Shown: positions 20,048 to 29,669 of the stretch, piece by piece
Layout: each line of letters begins with the position of its first letter
Position numbering within the stretch: the first letter of the stretch is position 1
Assembly (NCBI GenBank): GCA_903844155.1
Contig: CAIMSU010000259.1
Location: 15,808-79,807 of the forward strand
Direction of reading: 5' to 3'
Length of the DNA stretch: 64,000 nucleotides
Source: an uncultured Pseudomonadota bacterium
GTDB taxonomy: Bacteria > Myxococcota_A > UBA796 > SXON01
The notes under the pieces: model-generated
Databases searched by the model: none
What the model saw: the letters and a program-made list of their open reading frames with translations, nothing else
Told to the model about the DNA's origin: nothing
Position numbers and translations under genes: made by a program

Positions 20048-21639
20048 CGCGGGAGGGGCTGGTCGCGGCGGTCTGCAGATCCACCGAGCGCGAGGACGCA
20101 GGGCAGATCGTGCTCCGAGAGGTCATTGCCGAGGTACAACGGCACCTTCCAGTCGGGGCCCGGGCGCTGCGCGGTCTGTTCCTTCATCGCCCATCGCGGG
20201 GTCCCACCTTCGTGGTCGTCGAGCCCGGGGCGGGCGCGAGCGTGCTCCCAAGCGCCACCGCCTGGCGCTGGGTATCCGCAGTAAACGCGCCGATCCTCAT
20301 GGATGTGGCGCTCAAGCGGGTCTCCGTCGCCGGCGGTGAGCAGCTCTCCGACGCCCCCGATGAGTTCCTCAGCAACGCCAACCTGCTCGGACGCGGCGCC
20401 ACCCATGTCCTGGCCGTGCCACTCACCGCCCGGGGCGCGCGGCCGGACGGGATGGTCTGCGTGGAGGTCGATTGCCGCGAGCGCATCGGCACCGCCTTCG
20501 CCGAGTTGGACGGGACCGCCCCAACCATTGCGCTCTGGGTCGCAGCGGCGGCGCCCCTCGCCCTGCTCCTGCCCATGGGCGGCACCTCCCCCGAGGATCC
20601 GCTGCTACCGGTCCTCGGCACGGCGATGACCGGGGTCCGTTCCACGCTCGCTGTCTTCGCGGGGCTCGACGAGACGCTCCTGCTGCGCGGGCCCACCGGC
20701 ACTGGGAAGTCGCACCTGGCCCGGTGGTGCCACGCGCACTCGCGCAGGGCCTCCGGGCCGTTTGAGGCGGTTCACCTCCACGCCGTGCCTTCCGAGCTCC
20801 GAGAGGGCGAGCTGTTCGGGTGGCGCCGCGGAGCGTTCACCGGTGCGATGCGCGACCACGTCGGCGCGGCCGCACGGGCCGAGGGCGGAACCCTGTTCAT
20901 CGACGAGATCGACAAGCTCCCGCTCGCGGCGCAGGGCAAGCTGCTCCGCCTGCTGGACGAGCGCCGGTACACGCCCCTCGGCGACGGTCGCGAGCGCACC
21001 GCCAGCGTCCGCTTTGTGGTGGCAACGAACGTGGATCTCGAGGAAGAGGTTCGGGAAGGCAGGTTCCTCGTCGACCTCTACTACCGGGTGAACGTGCTTC
21101 CGATCGAGGTGCCCGCGCTGGCAACTCGCCGCGACGAGATCGGCCGCTGGGCGCGGTACCAGATCGCGGATGTGCGCGGGCGGCACGACGGTGGCCCCGC
21201 GGAGCTGTCTGATGGCGCAGAGGCCCTGCTGACGCAGCAATCATGGCCGGGCAACCTTCGGCAACTGCACAGTGTGGTGCTTCGCGCGTGGGCGTTCGCA
21301 CGGGCCGTCGCGGCCACGGCGGTCCAGGAGGACCACGTTCGCCGGGCGCTCTTGCTTGAGCCAGGATCAAGCTCGTCGCTGGCACCTTTTCTTCGTGCCG
21401 CGGATGCCCTCGTGGACGCGTCGATCCGCGGGGTGGAAGCAGGGAGGCCACCCCTGCCGCTCGAGCTGGCGGAGGCGTTCACCGGGCTGGTGCTGGCGTC
21501 CGCGGCGGAGCGGCTCGGGGGTGAGCGCGAGGCGTTCCTGCACTTTGGCCTGGAGGAACGCACCAAAGGTGGGAACCACCTGAAGACGTGGCGACGGGAG
21601 CAGGAGCGCGTCGCGGCGTTGAAGCGGGCGCTGGGGTAG
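20044..21639 (+). CDS. Sigma-54-dependent transcriptional activator with N-terminal GAF-like domain
   Basis: Walker A GPTGTGKS, GAFTGA, LFIDEI, DLYYRVN, WPGNLRQL; atypical C-terminal HTH region. Confidence 0.92.
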   Translation: MTREGLVAAVCRSTEREDAGQIVLREVIAEVQRHLPVGARALRGLFLHRPSRGPTFVVVEPGAGASVLPSATAWRWVSAVNAPILMDVALKRVSVAGGEQLSDAPDEFLSNANLLGRGATHVLAVPLTARGARPDGMVCVEVDCRERIGTAFAELDGTAPTIALWVAAAAPLALLLPMGGTSPEDPLLPVLGTAMTGVRSTLAVFAGLDETLLLRGPTGTGKSHLARWCHAHSRRASGPFEAVHLHAVPSELREGELFGWRRGAFTGAMRDHVGAAARAEGGTLFIDEIDKLPLAAQGKLLRLLDERRYTPLGDGRERTASVRFVVATNVDLEEEVREGRFLVDLYYRVNVLPIEVPALATRRDEIGRWARYQIADVRGRHDGGPAELSDGAEALLTQQSWPGNLRQLHSVVLRAWAFARAVAATAVQEDHVRRALLLEPGSSSSLAPFLRAADALVDASIRGVEAGRPPLPLELAEAFTGLVLASAAERLGGEREAFLHFGLEERTKGGNHLKTWRREQERVAALKRALG

Positions 21640-21650
21640 ACCACCGGGCG

Positions 21651-22517
21651 ATGTCCTTCCCCGTCGAGATCCTCACACTGACCGCAAACGCGCTCGAATT
21701 CGCATGTCTGTCGCAAGGCAACGGGCCGCTCGTCGTCCTGCTGCACGGCTTCCCGGACCGGGCCGACTCCTGGCGCCCGGTGATGGAAGGGCTCGCCAAC
21801 GCCGGTTTTCGCGCCGTCGCGCCGTACATGCGCGGCTATTACCCCTCCGCGATCCCCGTGGACGGCGACTACCGCATGCCTACGCTCGGGCGAGACGCCA
21901 TCGCGATCGCGCGCGCCCTGCTCAACCCGGGCGAGACCGCCACCGTCGTCGGTCACGACTGGGGTGCGACCGCTGCTTTCGCCGCTGCAAACCTCGCGCC
22001 TGACGTGTACACGCGCCTCTGCGCGCTCGCAATCCCGCACCCGCGCATCGTCAACCCGTCGCTCGAGCTGATCCGCCGCGCACCGCACTTCGCGCTGTTC
22101 CAGCTTGGCCCCTACGCACGCTGGTACACACGCCGCAACAACCTCGCCTACATCGCCTACCTGTACCGCTACTGGTCACCCACCTGGCCGGACCCGAGCG
22201 AGCACATCCGGGCGATCCAGGAGGATTTTCGACGGCCCGGCCGACTGGAGGCCGCGCTGTCCTACTACGCCCAGATATCGGACAGTCTGCGACGGAACGA
22301 GGCCAACCGGGCCATCCGCGCCATCACCTCCCAACCTACACTGCTGCTGGTCGGCGATGACGACGGCGCGCTGCGGTACGCGACGGACTTCAAGGGGATC
22401 GAAGAGTGCTTCACCGGGCCGCTGGAGATCGTGCATGTGCCGAAGGCAGGGCATTTTGTCGCTGCCGAGCAGCCGGAGGCGGTGCTCGCAGCCCTTGTGC
22501 CGTTCCTACGCCGATGA
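21651..22517 (+). CDS. Alpha/beta hydrolase (epoxide hydrolase-like)
   Basis: HGFP oxyanion motif, GHDWG Asp nucleophile, C-terminal GHF. Confidence 0.9.
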   Translation: MSFPVEILTLTANALEFACLSQGNGPLVVLLHGFPDRADSWRPVMEGLANAGFRAVAPYMRGYYPSAIPVDGDYRMPTLGRDAIAIARALLNPGETATVVGHDWGATAAFAAANLAPDVYTRLCALAIPHPRIVNPSLELIRRAPHFALFQLGPYARWYTRRNNLAYIAYLYRYWSPTWPDPSEHIRAIQEDFRRPGRLEAALSYYAQISDSLRRNEANRAIRAITSQPTLLLVGDDDGALRYATDFKGIEECFTGPLEIVHVPKAGHFVAAEQPEAVLAALVPFLRR

Positions 22518-23650
22518 CTCGGTCGCTCCGGCTGTGCGTACTCGTCGCCGTCGTCGGGTGCGAGGGGGCGAAGGCACCGGCGACGGGCGACCACGCGCTC
22601 ACGGTCACAGCCGGCTTTGGCGGCGGACAGTATGCCGCGGGAGACGTCGTCCGCGTGTGGTCGGGCCTCAATCCGCAGACCTCCTACCTTGCGGACTGGC
22701 ACGCCACGCTCGCCGATCCGGGTGAGTGGAATTCGACATTCACGATGCCCGACGCCGACACGACGCTGACGGCCACCGTATCCGGGCCCGGGAGTGAGCT
22801 TTACAACCAGACGATCGTAGGTTTTGATCGGCCTGTACTCGGATGGCGACCCACCACGCCACGCGGCATCGTCCTGTTCTTCCACGGCGCGTCCTACAAT
22901 CGCACCGAGATCCAATCCAACGCGGGCGCCTACCTATCCAACCGCTTGATGGCCGACGGGTATGCCGTCGTCGCCATCGACTCGACCGACGCCAGCACGG
23001 CCGGAATCGGGGGTTGGAACGACGATCCCACCGACCCCAACAACGCCGACCTCGTCGCTGTCTCACAGCTCGTCGCCGCCGTACGGACAGACTGGAGCAT
23101 CCCCGCCACAACGCCCGTCATCGCGATGGGTATGTCGAGCGGCGGCCAATTCGCGCACGCCGTCGGCCTCGCGCTCCCGGCTCAGGCGGTCGTCGCGTTC
23201 TGCGCGCCCGGCCGCTCGACCACGCTCGCCGCCACGACCGCGCCAACCGCCTGGTTCCTCGCCGACAAAGACTCGGTCTGGCCGACCGGTGCGGCTGACA
23301 CCACCACCTCCTCCGCGGCGATGACCGCCCGTGGCGTCGCCACGTCTGTCAACGTCCACCCCGCCACGCCCCTCTACGATCAGCGCTTTGAGCGTGTGAC
23401 GGGTGTCAGTGCGACCCAATCCAAAGCGATCGCCGACGAGCTCCGCGCCGACGGCTTTGTCGATGCCGACGACAACTGGCTCGTCTCGGGCATGACCGTC
23501 ACCGCCGCGTTCCCCCTCGCCTCGCTCTCGGGCCTGTCAGCGGACCAGCAGACCGCCGTGGACGCCGAGGTCGAGATCATGGCCGCCGAGCATGAATTGT
23601 ACGATGATTACGCGAACCGGATGTTGACCTTTCTCGATTCGAGGTTCTGA
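22514..23650 (+). CDS. Lipoprotein alpha/beta hydrolase (esterase-like)
   Basis: ATGA overlap; lipobox-like VAVVGC; FHG and GMSSGG nucleophile elbow. Confidence 0.75.
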   Translation: MTRSLRLCVLVAVVGCEGAKAPATGDHALTVTAGFGGGQYAAGDVVRVWSGLNPQTSYLADWHATLADPGEWNSTFTMPDADTTLTATVSGPGSELYNQTIVGFDRPVLGWRPTTPRGIVLFFHGASYNRTEIQSNAGAYLSNRLMADGYAVVAIDSTDASTAGIGGWNDDPTDPNNADLVAVSQLVAAVRTDWSIPATTPVIAMGMSSGGQFAHAVGLALPAQAVVAFCAPGRSTTLAATTAPTAWFLADKDSVWPTGAADTTTSSAAMTARGVATSVNVHPATPLYDQRFERVTGVSATQSKAIADELRADGFVDADDNWLVSGMTVTAAFPLASLSGLSADQQTAVDAEVEIMAAEHELYDDYANRMLTFLDSRF

Positions 23651-23671
23651 GGCTGGAGGCTGGAGGCTGGA
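23651..23671 (+). repeat. Heptamer tandem repeat (GGCTGGA)x3
   Basis: Directly follows the TGA at 23648..23650. Confidence 0.8.
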
Positions 23672-23800
23672 GGACCGCCCCGCTGACAGTGGCGACCAGC
23701 CCCCTCGCGCGCTCCTTTGGGCGACTGCTCCGCATCGCGGCGGCGGCGCGGGCGACGGGCGGCATCCTGGGTTTACCCGCTCCGAAGCCGGGGAGATTGA

Positions 23801-23929
23801 ACCGCCAAGGCCGCCAAGGCCGCCAAGAAGGAGCAGCGGGGGGTTCCACCGACTGTGCCGCCGTCCGTCCGGGGAAGTCTTTTGGTTCTCCTTGGCGAAC
23901 TTGGCGTCTTGATCTTCTTCCTTGGCGGT
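23801..23929. repeat. 129-nt inverted-repeat (MITE/REP-like) element built from CGCCAAG-containing units
   Basis: Terminal inverted repeat accgccaagg / ccttggcggt; left arm has three 9-nt ccgccaag(g/a) units; right arm has three cttggcg units. Confidence 0.75.
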
Positions 23930-24118
23930 AAATTCTTCCCCGACGACCGTCAAAGTGTTGCCGTGAGGTTGTGGTGTCCCCCGCCGATCCCGGCGCTCGG
24001 CGAACCCCCCTCACGGCCGCCCTTCGCGGGCGTCCTCCGTGGGCGGGCTCCGCCGCCTGAACGCCTTGCCGGCGTTCGCCGTCGCAGTGCTCCGGCCGGA
24101 TGAGGGCTGACCCCGAAC

Positions 24119-26707
24119 CTACAGTGCCACCACCTCCTCCCCAACATACACCGCCACCTTCCGCACACACACATCCTCCAACCCAAGCAGCCGGACAATC
24201 TCCTTCGCCTTGCCCGGTTTGCCGCCGACGTCGACGGTCCGGAGCCGGACGGTCCCGTCCGCGGACTGCGAAAGGGAGCGGATCATCGCGCGTACATCCA
24301 CGTCGACGAGGCCGCTGGCCGCCTTGCTCTTTCGGGTGAGCAGGATGCGTTCGCTTTGCAAGACAACGTCGATCCGCTCGCGGATGTCCGGCGCGCCGAC
24401 GATCTCGAATTCGGCGCCATCCACCACGCCCATCAGCGACGGCGCCTTCCGGTCGACCTCCACGCCGCCATAGACCTCAAAGCCGGGCGGCACGGTCGCG
24501 CGCACGCGGGTGACGAGGTCGGGGACCGGTTCCGCTGTCGTGAGGAACAAATCCAGGAATTCCGCCGTGCTCTCCTCGCCTACAGCGAGCGCGGATGAGA
24601 ACGAGAGCCGTGGAAGCGGGTGAAACCCCTGGCTGTACGCGACGGGCACTTTGGCCCTTCGCAACGTCCGGATCCACGCGGTCTGCAGCTCCAACTGCGA
24701 GAGCAGGCGCGCGTCGCCCACGCGACCGACATGGAGGCGGATGCGGCGTACGGGATCGTGGTTGGTTCCTTCGTTGCTGGGCTTCGATGTCACCGGCGGC
24801 GTCGGTCGCTCAAACGTCTTCTCCGCTTTGGCGCCCTCGATGTTGTCGCGCAGCATGCTCGCGCAGAGCGGTCGGAGCACGTCGATGACCCCGCACCGGT
24901 GACACTTGGAGTGCCGACAGTCCTCCGCATGCTTCAGTAGGGTCGCCCGCTCCCAGTCGGCCTGGAACCACGACTTGGGGACGTGGATGTCGATGTGGTC
25001 CCACGGCAGGCGCTCGTCCAGGGCGCGCTCACGCAGGGCGTCCTTCACGTCAAAGCCGATCGCGCGGATCGCCTTGTCCCAAGCCGGAAAGTCGAGATGC
25101 TCGCTCCAGGCGTCGAACCGGGCGCCGTTGCGGAACGCCGCCTCGATGAGGTCGCCAGCGCGCCGGTCCGAGCGCGAGACGAGCCCTTCAAGGAACGTCT
25201 CCTCGGGGTGGTGTCGTCCGAACTTCACGCCTTTCATCGTCTTGAACCGGTCGCCTAGGATGCGCTGGCGACGGTCCGTCTCGTACATGTCGATCTGTTC
25301 GGCCCACTGGAAGGGCGTGAACGGCTTCGGCACGAAGGTTGACACTCCCGTTCGGACCATCGCCGCAGGCTGATGAGCGCGGCCAGCACGCACGGTCCGC
25401 TGTGCGAGATCCGCGATCGCGAGGATGTCGTCATCCCGTTCGGTTGGCAAGCCAATCATGAAGTAGAGCTTCACGTGAAGCCAGCCTTTCTGGAAGGCGG
25501 ACGACGACATCTGGATGAGCTCCTCGTCCGGGATCCACTTGTTGATCACCGCGCGCAGGCGCGGGCTCGCGGCCTCGGGCGCGAATGTCAGCCCGGTACG
25601 CCGCGTCTCGGCCACCATGTCGGCCAGCTCCACCGAAAAGCTGTCCAGCCGCAGCGACGGGAGTGACACCGAGACATTCCTTGGCTTGGCAATGCGGACA
25701 GACTGGTCGACCATCGCCTTCACGCGCGAGTAGTCGCAGGTGGAGAGCGAGACGAGCGAGACGTCGTCGTAGCCCGTCGCGTCGAGCGTTTGTTCAAGGA
25801 GAACGCCGAGATCGGGCAGCGATCGCTCGCGGACGGGGCGTGTGGTCATCCCCGCCTGACAGAACCGGCAGCCCTGGGTGCAGCCGCGCAGGACCTCCAG
25901 CGACACGTGGTCGTGCACCTGCTCGGTGAACGGAACGATCGTCTTGACCGGAAAACTCGCCACGTCCAACGCCGCGGTCGTCCGCTTCACGATCTTCTGC
26001 GCATCGACCGGCGGCCGGATGGAGCCGTCTGGCAGCGTCTCCATCGGGTAACGGGATGGCACGTAGATCCCCGGGATCTTCGCGAACGCGTCCAGCCGTG
26101 CTTCTCGCCCGTGCACCGTCCGGAACACCTCGGCGATCTCCACGACGATGTCCTCACCGTCGCCGATGACGAAGAAGTCCATGAACGGCGCCAGAGGCTC
26201 GGGATTGAACACGGCCGGCCCGCCGGCAAACGTGAGCGGGTCCCCCTCGCGGCGGTCCTTCGTGCGCAGCGGCAGACCGGCGAGGTCGATGACGTTCAGG
26301 ATGTTCGTGAACGTGAGCTCGGATTGCAGGGTGAAGCCGATGCCGTCGAACTGATCGAGGGGGTCCTTGGATTCGAGCGCGAAGAGCGGGAGGCGCTCGC
26401 GTCGGAGGACGGCTTCGAGGTCCTTCGCAGGCGCGTAGACACGTTCGGCCCAGACATCCTTAATCTTGTTGAGGATGCCGTACAGGATGTGGAGGCCGAG
26501 GTTGCCGAGCCCGATGTCATAGAGATCCGGGAAGCACAGCGCGAGGCGGACGTTCATTTTACCGGCGTCGAGCGCGACGTGCTTGTGGACGCTGTTGACC
26601 TCATTTCCGAGGTACCGGCTTGGCTTTTCGACGGTCGGGAGCAGGCGCGCGAGCGAGGCGGGCATCGGGCGGGTTGCGGGTGCTCCGGTGGGCGACGAAG
26701 GGGTCAT
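24119..26707 (-). CDS. TIGR03960-type B12-binding radical SAM fused to TIGR03936/DUF2344 radical SAM-linked domain
   Basis: VEKPSRYLGNE, FPDLYDIG, GCTQGCRFC, FAPEA, STFVPKPFTPFQW; C-terminal AYSQGFHPLPRLSF domain; start could be 26665. Confidence 0.92.
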   Translation of the reverse strand: MTPSSPTGAPATRPMPASLARLLPTVEKPSRYLGNEVNSVHKHVALDAGKMNVRLALCFPDLYDIGLGNLGLHILYGILNKIKDVWAERVYAPAKDLEAVLRRERLPLFALESKDPLDQFDGIGFTLQSELTFTNILNVIDLAGLPLRTKDRREGDPLTFAGGPAVFNPEPLAPFMDFFVIGDGEDIVVEIAEVFRTVHGREARLDAFAKIPGIYVPSRYPMETLPDGSIRPPVDAQKIVKRTTAALDVASFPVKTIVPFTEQVHDHVSLEVLRGCTQGCRFCQAGMTTRPVRERSLPDLGVLLEQTLDATGYDDVSLVSLSTCDYSRVKAMVDQSVRIAKPRNVSVSLPSLRLDSFSVELADMVAETRRTGLTFAPEAASPRLRAVINKWIPDEELIQMSSSAFQKGWLHVKLYFMIGLPTERDDDILAIADLAQRTVRAGRAHQPAAMVRTGVSTFVPKPFTPFQWAEQIDMYETDRRQRILGDRFKTMKGVKFGRHHPEETFLEGLVSRSDRRAGDLIEAAFRNGARFDAWSEHLDFPAWDKAIRAIGFDVKDALRERALDERLPWDHIDIHVPKSWFQADWERATLLKHAEDCRHSKCHRCGVIDVLRPLCASMLRDNIEGAKAEKTFERPTPPVTSKPSNEGTNHDPVRRIRLHVGRVGDARLLSQLELQTAWIRTLRRAKVPVAYSQGFHPLPRLSFSSALAVGEESTAEFLDLFLTTAEPVPDLVTRVRATVPPGFEVYGGVEVDRKAPSLMGVVDGAEFEIVGAPDIRERIDVVLQSERILLTRKSKAASGLVDVDVRAMIRSLSQSADGTVRLRTVDVGGKPGKAKEIVRLLGLEDVCVRKVAVYVGEEVVAL

Positions 26708-26753
26708 GCGAGCGGGTATCCCCGCCCACGTTGGGCGGGGGTATGCTGTCATC

Positions 26754-27106
26754 ATGGCCTTCACCGTTCGTAACCCCGCTGACGTCCTCGCCGAGCAGGC
26801 GGCCCGTGTGCGCCGAAAGTGGTGGGCGGCCGACCCGGTCCCGCGCCGCCTGCAAGCCTGCTCGCGCTCGTCGCGATGGCCGGGGTCGCGTGGTTCTGGC
26901 TTGGCGGCTGGGCCCGCGAGCGCCGTGCGGACGCCCGCGCCCGGCAGGGGGCCTCACTCCCCGGCTTGACCTACGATCGTGGCGCCGCCAGGCAGCTCTC
27001 ACGGCGAAGGAGCTACGCGCGACCGCCCCCAAACCGCGCGCCGGCGCTCACCACTACGCGGGTTCAAGGGGCAAACACCAACGGAATCTCCCCGACCCCA
27101 ACATGA
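26754..27106 (+). pseudogene. Small membrane protein, apparently frameshifted near 26857
   Basis: MAFTVRNPAD...RRLQA in one frame continues as LLALVAMAGVAWFWLGG in another if one C is added at caagcctgc. Confidence 0.4.
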
Positions 27107-28422
27107 ATCGGCCCAATCGAACGCACCTCGTCGTTCGGCGTCTGGCCGTTGTGATCGCGGTCGAAGACCAACCGAAAAATGGCGTCCTTCACGGTGATGT
27201 CGAGGGAGACGGTCGAGCCGCTGCCCGACGGGAGGCGGATGCTCTGGAGCGGGGCGCCGTTCGGGTCTTCGACGACGAGGATGAGGTCGCTGTCGGTGTT
27301 TGCACCGGGGGCGGTCACGCGCGCGCTGTGTGTAGGCGCCGACGGGTCCTTGCCGTGGCCCTCAAAGGGGTCCACGTAGATTTCGTGCGGCGATGCCGAC
27401 GACGGGATCAGCGCGTTGGCAGGCCAGTTTTCCGTGTTCAAGGCTGACTCGACAGCGTCGGCGAGCAGCCGGTGACCGAGCACGGTGGGGTGCATCTGGT
27501 CCAAGAACAGCGCGTCCTCCCCTCGCCCGCTCGCCGCGACGATCGCCGGAAAGTCGACGATCGGCACCCCGTGGCGTGCAGCGGCGTCCTGCATCACCTT
27601 TCGATAGGGCCCCCAGGCCGGATCGGGGGACAGCGGGTGGACGTCCTCCCGGTTGGCGAGCAGCAGGAAGATGACGCCTGCGCCGTGCTCTTTCGCGCGC
27701 GCGCAGAGCGTGTCGAGGTTGTCGGCGTAGTCGTTGATGGCGACGCGTCGCTTGCCGGACTTGGGCCCCTCGCCGCCCATCGTCCAACCTACAGTGCGGG
27801 CGTGGGCCTGTGCGGGGCCGACGCGGATCTGCCAGTCGAGCCAACGGAACAGCGCCGAGTGCGACAGGAGCACGCGGGCCCGATAGGCAGGCGACTGCGC
27901 AAAACCAGCGTAGCTGGCGAGCAGTTCACGGTCGACGAAGTCGTCGAAGTTGTTGTCCGACCAGAGGTTCCCGATGACGAGAAGGTCGGGGTCCAGCGAC
28001 CAACCCCGCATGTCAAGCATGTTGAGTGTCTGGAACGTCGACCAGCCGGGCGTGGCGCCGTCGACGACGTCAACGCTGATCTCCTTCTGCATCAAGCTGG
28101 AGAAGACCTCGTCGTCGCCGACACCGAAGCCGTACACACTGGAGTCGCCGAGTGTCATGATCCGGTGGCCGTTGCGCGGTCCCCGGTCTCTGTCGCGGAA
28201 GCCGAGCGCGTTGACGTGCACCGGCTGCCCGTGCTCGACGCGATCGCCAGGGCGAAGCTGCCAGAGAAGCCAGGCGTCGCCCTCAAGGGTGATGGTCTCG
28301 GCGGCGGGCGTCCCTGCCGGGACCCGCGGGTCGGGCGGTGGAAACACCCGAAACAGCACCTCCCAGCCCAACACAACCGCGCACCCCACCGCCAGCGCGA
28401 GCCAGCGACGCCGACTCCTCAC
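27064..28422 (-). CDS. SGNH/GDSL hydrolase with N-terminal membrane anchor
   Basis: LGDSSVYG, block III Asn (WSDNN), DQMHP. Confidence 0.9.
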   Translation of the reverse strand: MRSRRRWLALAVGCAVVLGWEVLFRVFPPPDPRVPAGTPAAETITLEGDAWLLWQLRPGDRVEHGQPVHVNALGFRDRDRGPRNGHRIMTLGDSSVYGFGVGDDEVFSSLMQKEISVDVVDGATPGWSTFQTLNMLDMRGWSLDPDLLVIGNLWSDNNFDDFVDRELLASYAGFAQSPAYRARVLLSHSALFRWLDWQIRVGPAQAHARTVGWTMGGEGPKSGKRRVAINDYADNLDTLCARAKEHGAGVIFLLLANREDVHPLSPDPAWGPYRKVMQDAAARHGVPIVDFPAIVAASGRGEDALFLDQMHPTVLGHRLLADAVESALNTENWPANALIPSSASPHEIYVDPFEGHGKDPSAPTHSARVTAPGANTDSDLILVVEDPNGAPLQSIRLPSGSGSTVSLDITVKDAIFRLVFDRDHNGQTPNDEVRSIGPIHVGVGEIPLVFAP

Positions 28423-29615
28423 CGACGCGCCGGCCCCGTGCCGCCCTCGTCGACGTCCAGCGTCCCGTACAGATGCAGGGCGTCATCGAGGCCTCGCGCG
28501 TCTGTGGCGACCGCGCGCAGCCGGACACCCGCGACGTTCTGTTGGGTCTGCGCGGGCAAGCTCTGGTCCATTGCGGTCACGATCGCGTCGAGGATCCGGG
28601 ATTCAAACAACGCCGCGAGGGGATCGACGAGCAGCGCGCCGGGACTGCTCGCCGTCTCCTTCGCCGTTTTTGCCTCAAACGTCAGCTTCGAGCGGCCGTC
28701 CGCCTTCACGCCAATGTCACCGACAACCTCGTAGTCCCGGTACCAACCCCGCCCCACGAGCCGCCAGAGCCGCAGCTCCAGCGTGAACGCGGACCCGTCG
28801 ACCACCAGGCCCCGGGGATCGGCGGCAACGTCCATCGCCAGCGTCCCCGCCTGGTAAGCAGCGCGACGGGCGATGCCGCTGATCACCGACTCCGACATCG
28901 CCACTTCCACGCCGCTCGTGGGGGAGGGCAAGGCGCGCAGCGGGCTCGCGCCCGGCACATCGCTCAGGATCTCGATCGCGAGCCGATCCGGCGTCGCCGA
29001 TAGGCGCATGTCCCGGACTGGGAGCGCCCCTTTGTCGAGCGTCGCGACGCGGATCGGCGGCAACTTGTTCGCGATCGTCTGCCGCAGCCACTCCTGGACG
29101 GGCCCGGAGGCGTTCACGCGCAGGTTCCCAAGCGACGGCACGTCCACCGTCAGGCTCTCGATCCGGTTCGGCCGAACGTCGACCTCGTTCCCGTTGTGGA
29201 TCGACGCCGCGAGGATGGCGCTGGCTGCCGCCGAGATCGGCACGCTCCCGCTCGCCGGCCCCGCTTCCCAGCGCGCCTGCCCCTCCAGCGCGATCTGCAC
29301 CGAAAAGCAGGCGGCGCAATCCGTGGTCAGCGCGATCTTGACGCTCTTGACCTCCAATTGCGGCGTGAGCGTGGCCTGGATCCCGAGCGGCAATGGAAGC
29401 TGGATCGCTGGATGATCGGCCGAAAGCGCGGTGCGGATCACCTTGCGCAGCGCCAACGCAAGCTCGGGGGCGGCGATGGCGACCGCGGCGTCGGGCTTCC
29501 AGTTTGGCGGGACGCCCGTGGCCACCGCCAACGCGGAGACGCGCTCGGTCGCGTACAGCTTCGTGACGTCGGGCGTGCAGCCGAGCAGCAGGATCGGCAG
29601 GAGGAGGCCAGACAC
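28419..29615 (-). CDS. Hypothetical lipoprotein
   Basis: Lipobox LLLGC; stop overlaps the SGNH GTG start; long beta-strands in two halves. Confidence 0.75.
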   Translation of the reverse strand: MSGLLLPILLLGCTPDVTKLYATERVSALAVATGVPPNWKPDAAVAIAAPELALALRKVIRTALSADHPAIQLPLPLGIQATLTPQLEVKSVKIALTTDCAACFSVQIALEGQARWEAGPASGSVPISAAASAILAASIHNGNEVDVRPNRIESLTVDVPSLGNLRVNASGPVQEWLRQTIANKLPPIRVATLDKGALPVRDMRLSATPDRLAIEILSDVPGASPLRALPSPTSGVEVAMSESVISGIARRAAYQAGTLAMDVAADPRGLVVDGSAFTLELRLWRLVGRGWYRDYEVVGDIGVKADGRSKLTFEAKTAKETASSPGALLVDPLAALFESRILDAIVTAMDQSLPAQTQQNVAGVRLRAVATDARGLDDALHLYGTLDVDEGGTGPARR

Positions 29616-29669
29616 GGGCGGTGACTAATCCGGATTCGGGGGGGATGCTCCCCCGGGTTACGCTACAGG

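Noticed and set aside
23700-24118. Protein-coding ORFs in the gap between the lipoprotein hydrolase and the radical SAM gene
   Set aside because: Candidate ORFs overlap flanking genes or merely translate the repeat arms; no convincing start or motif.
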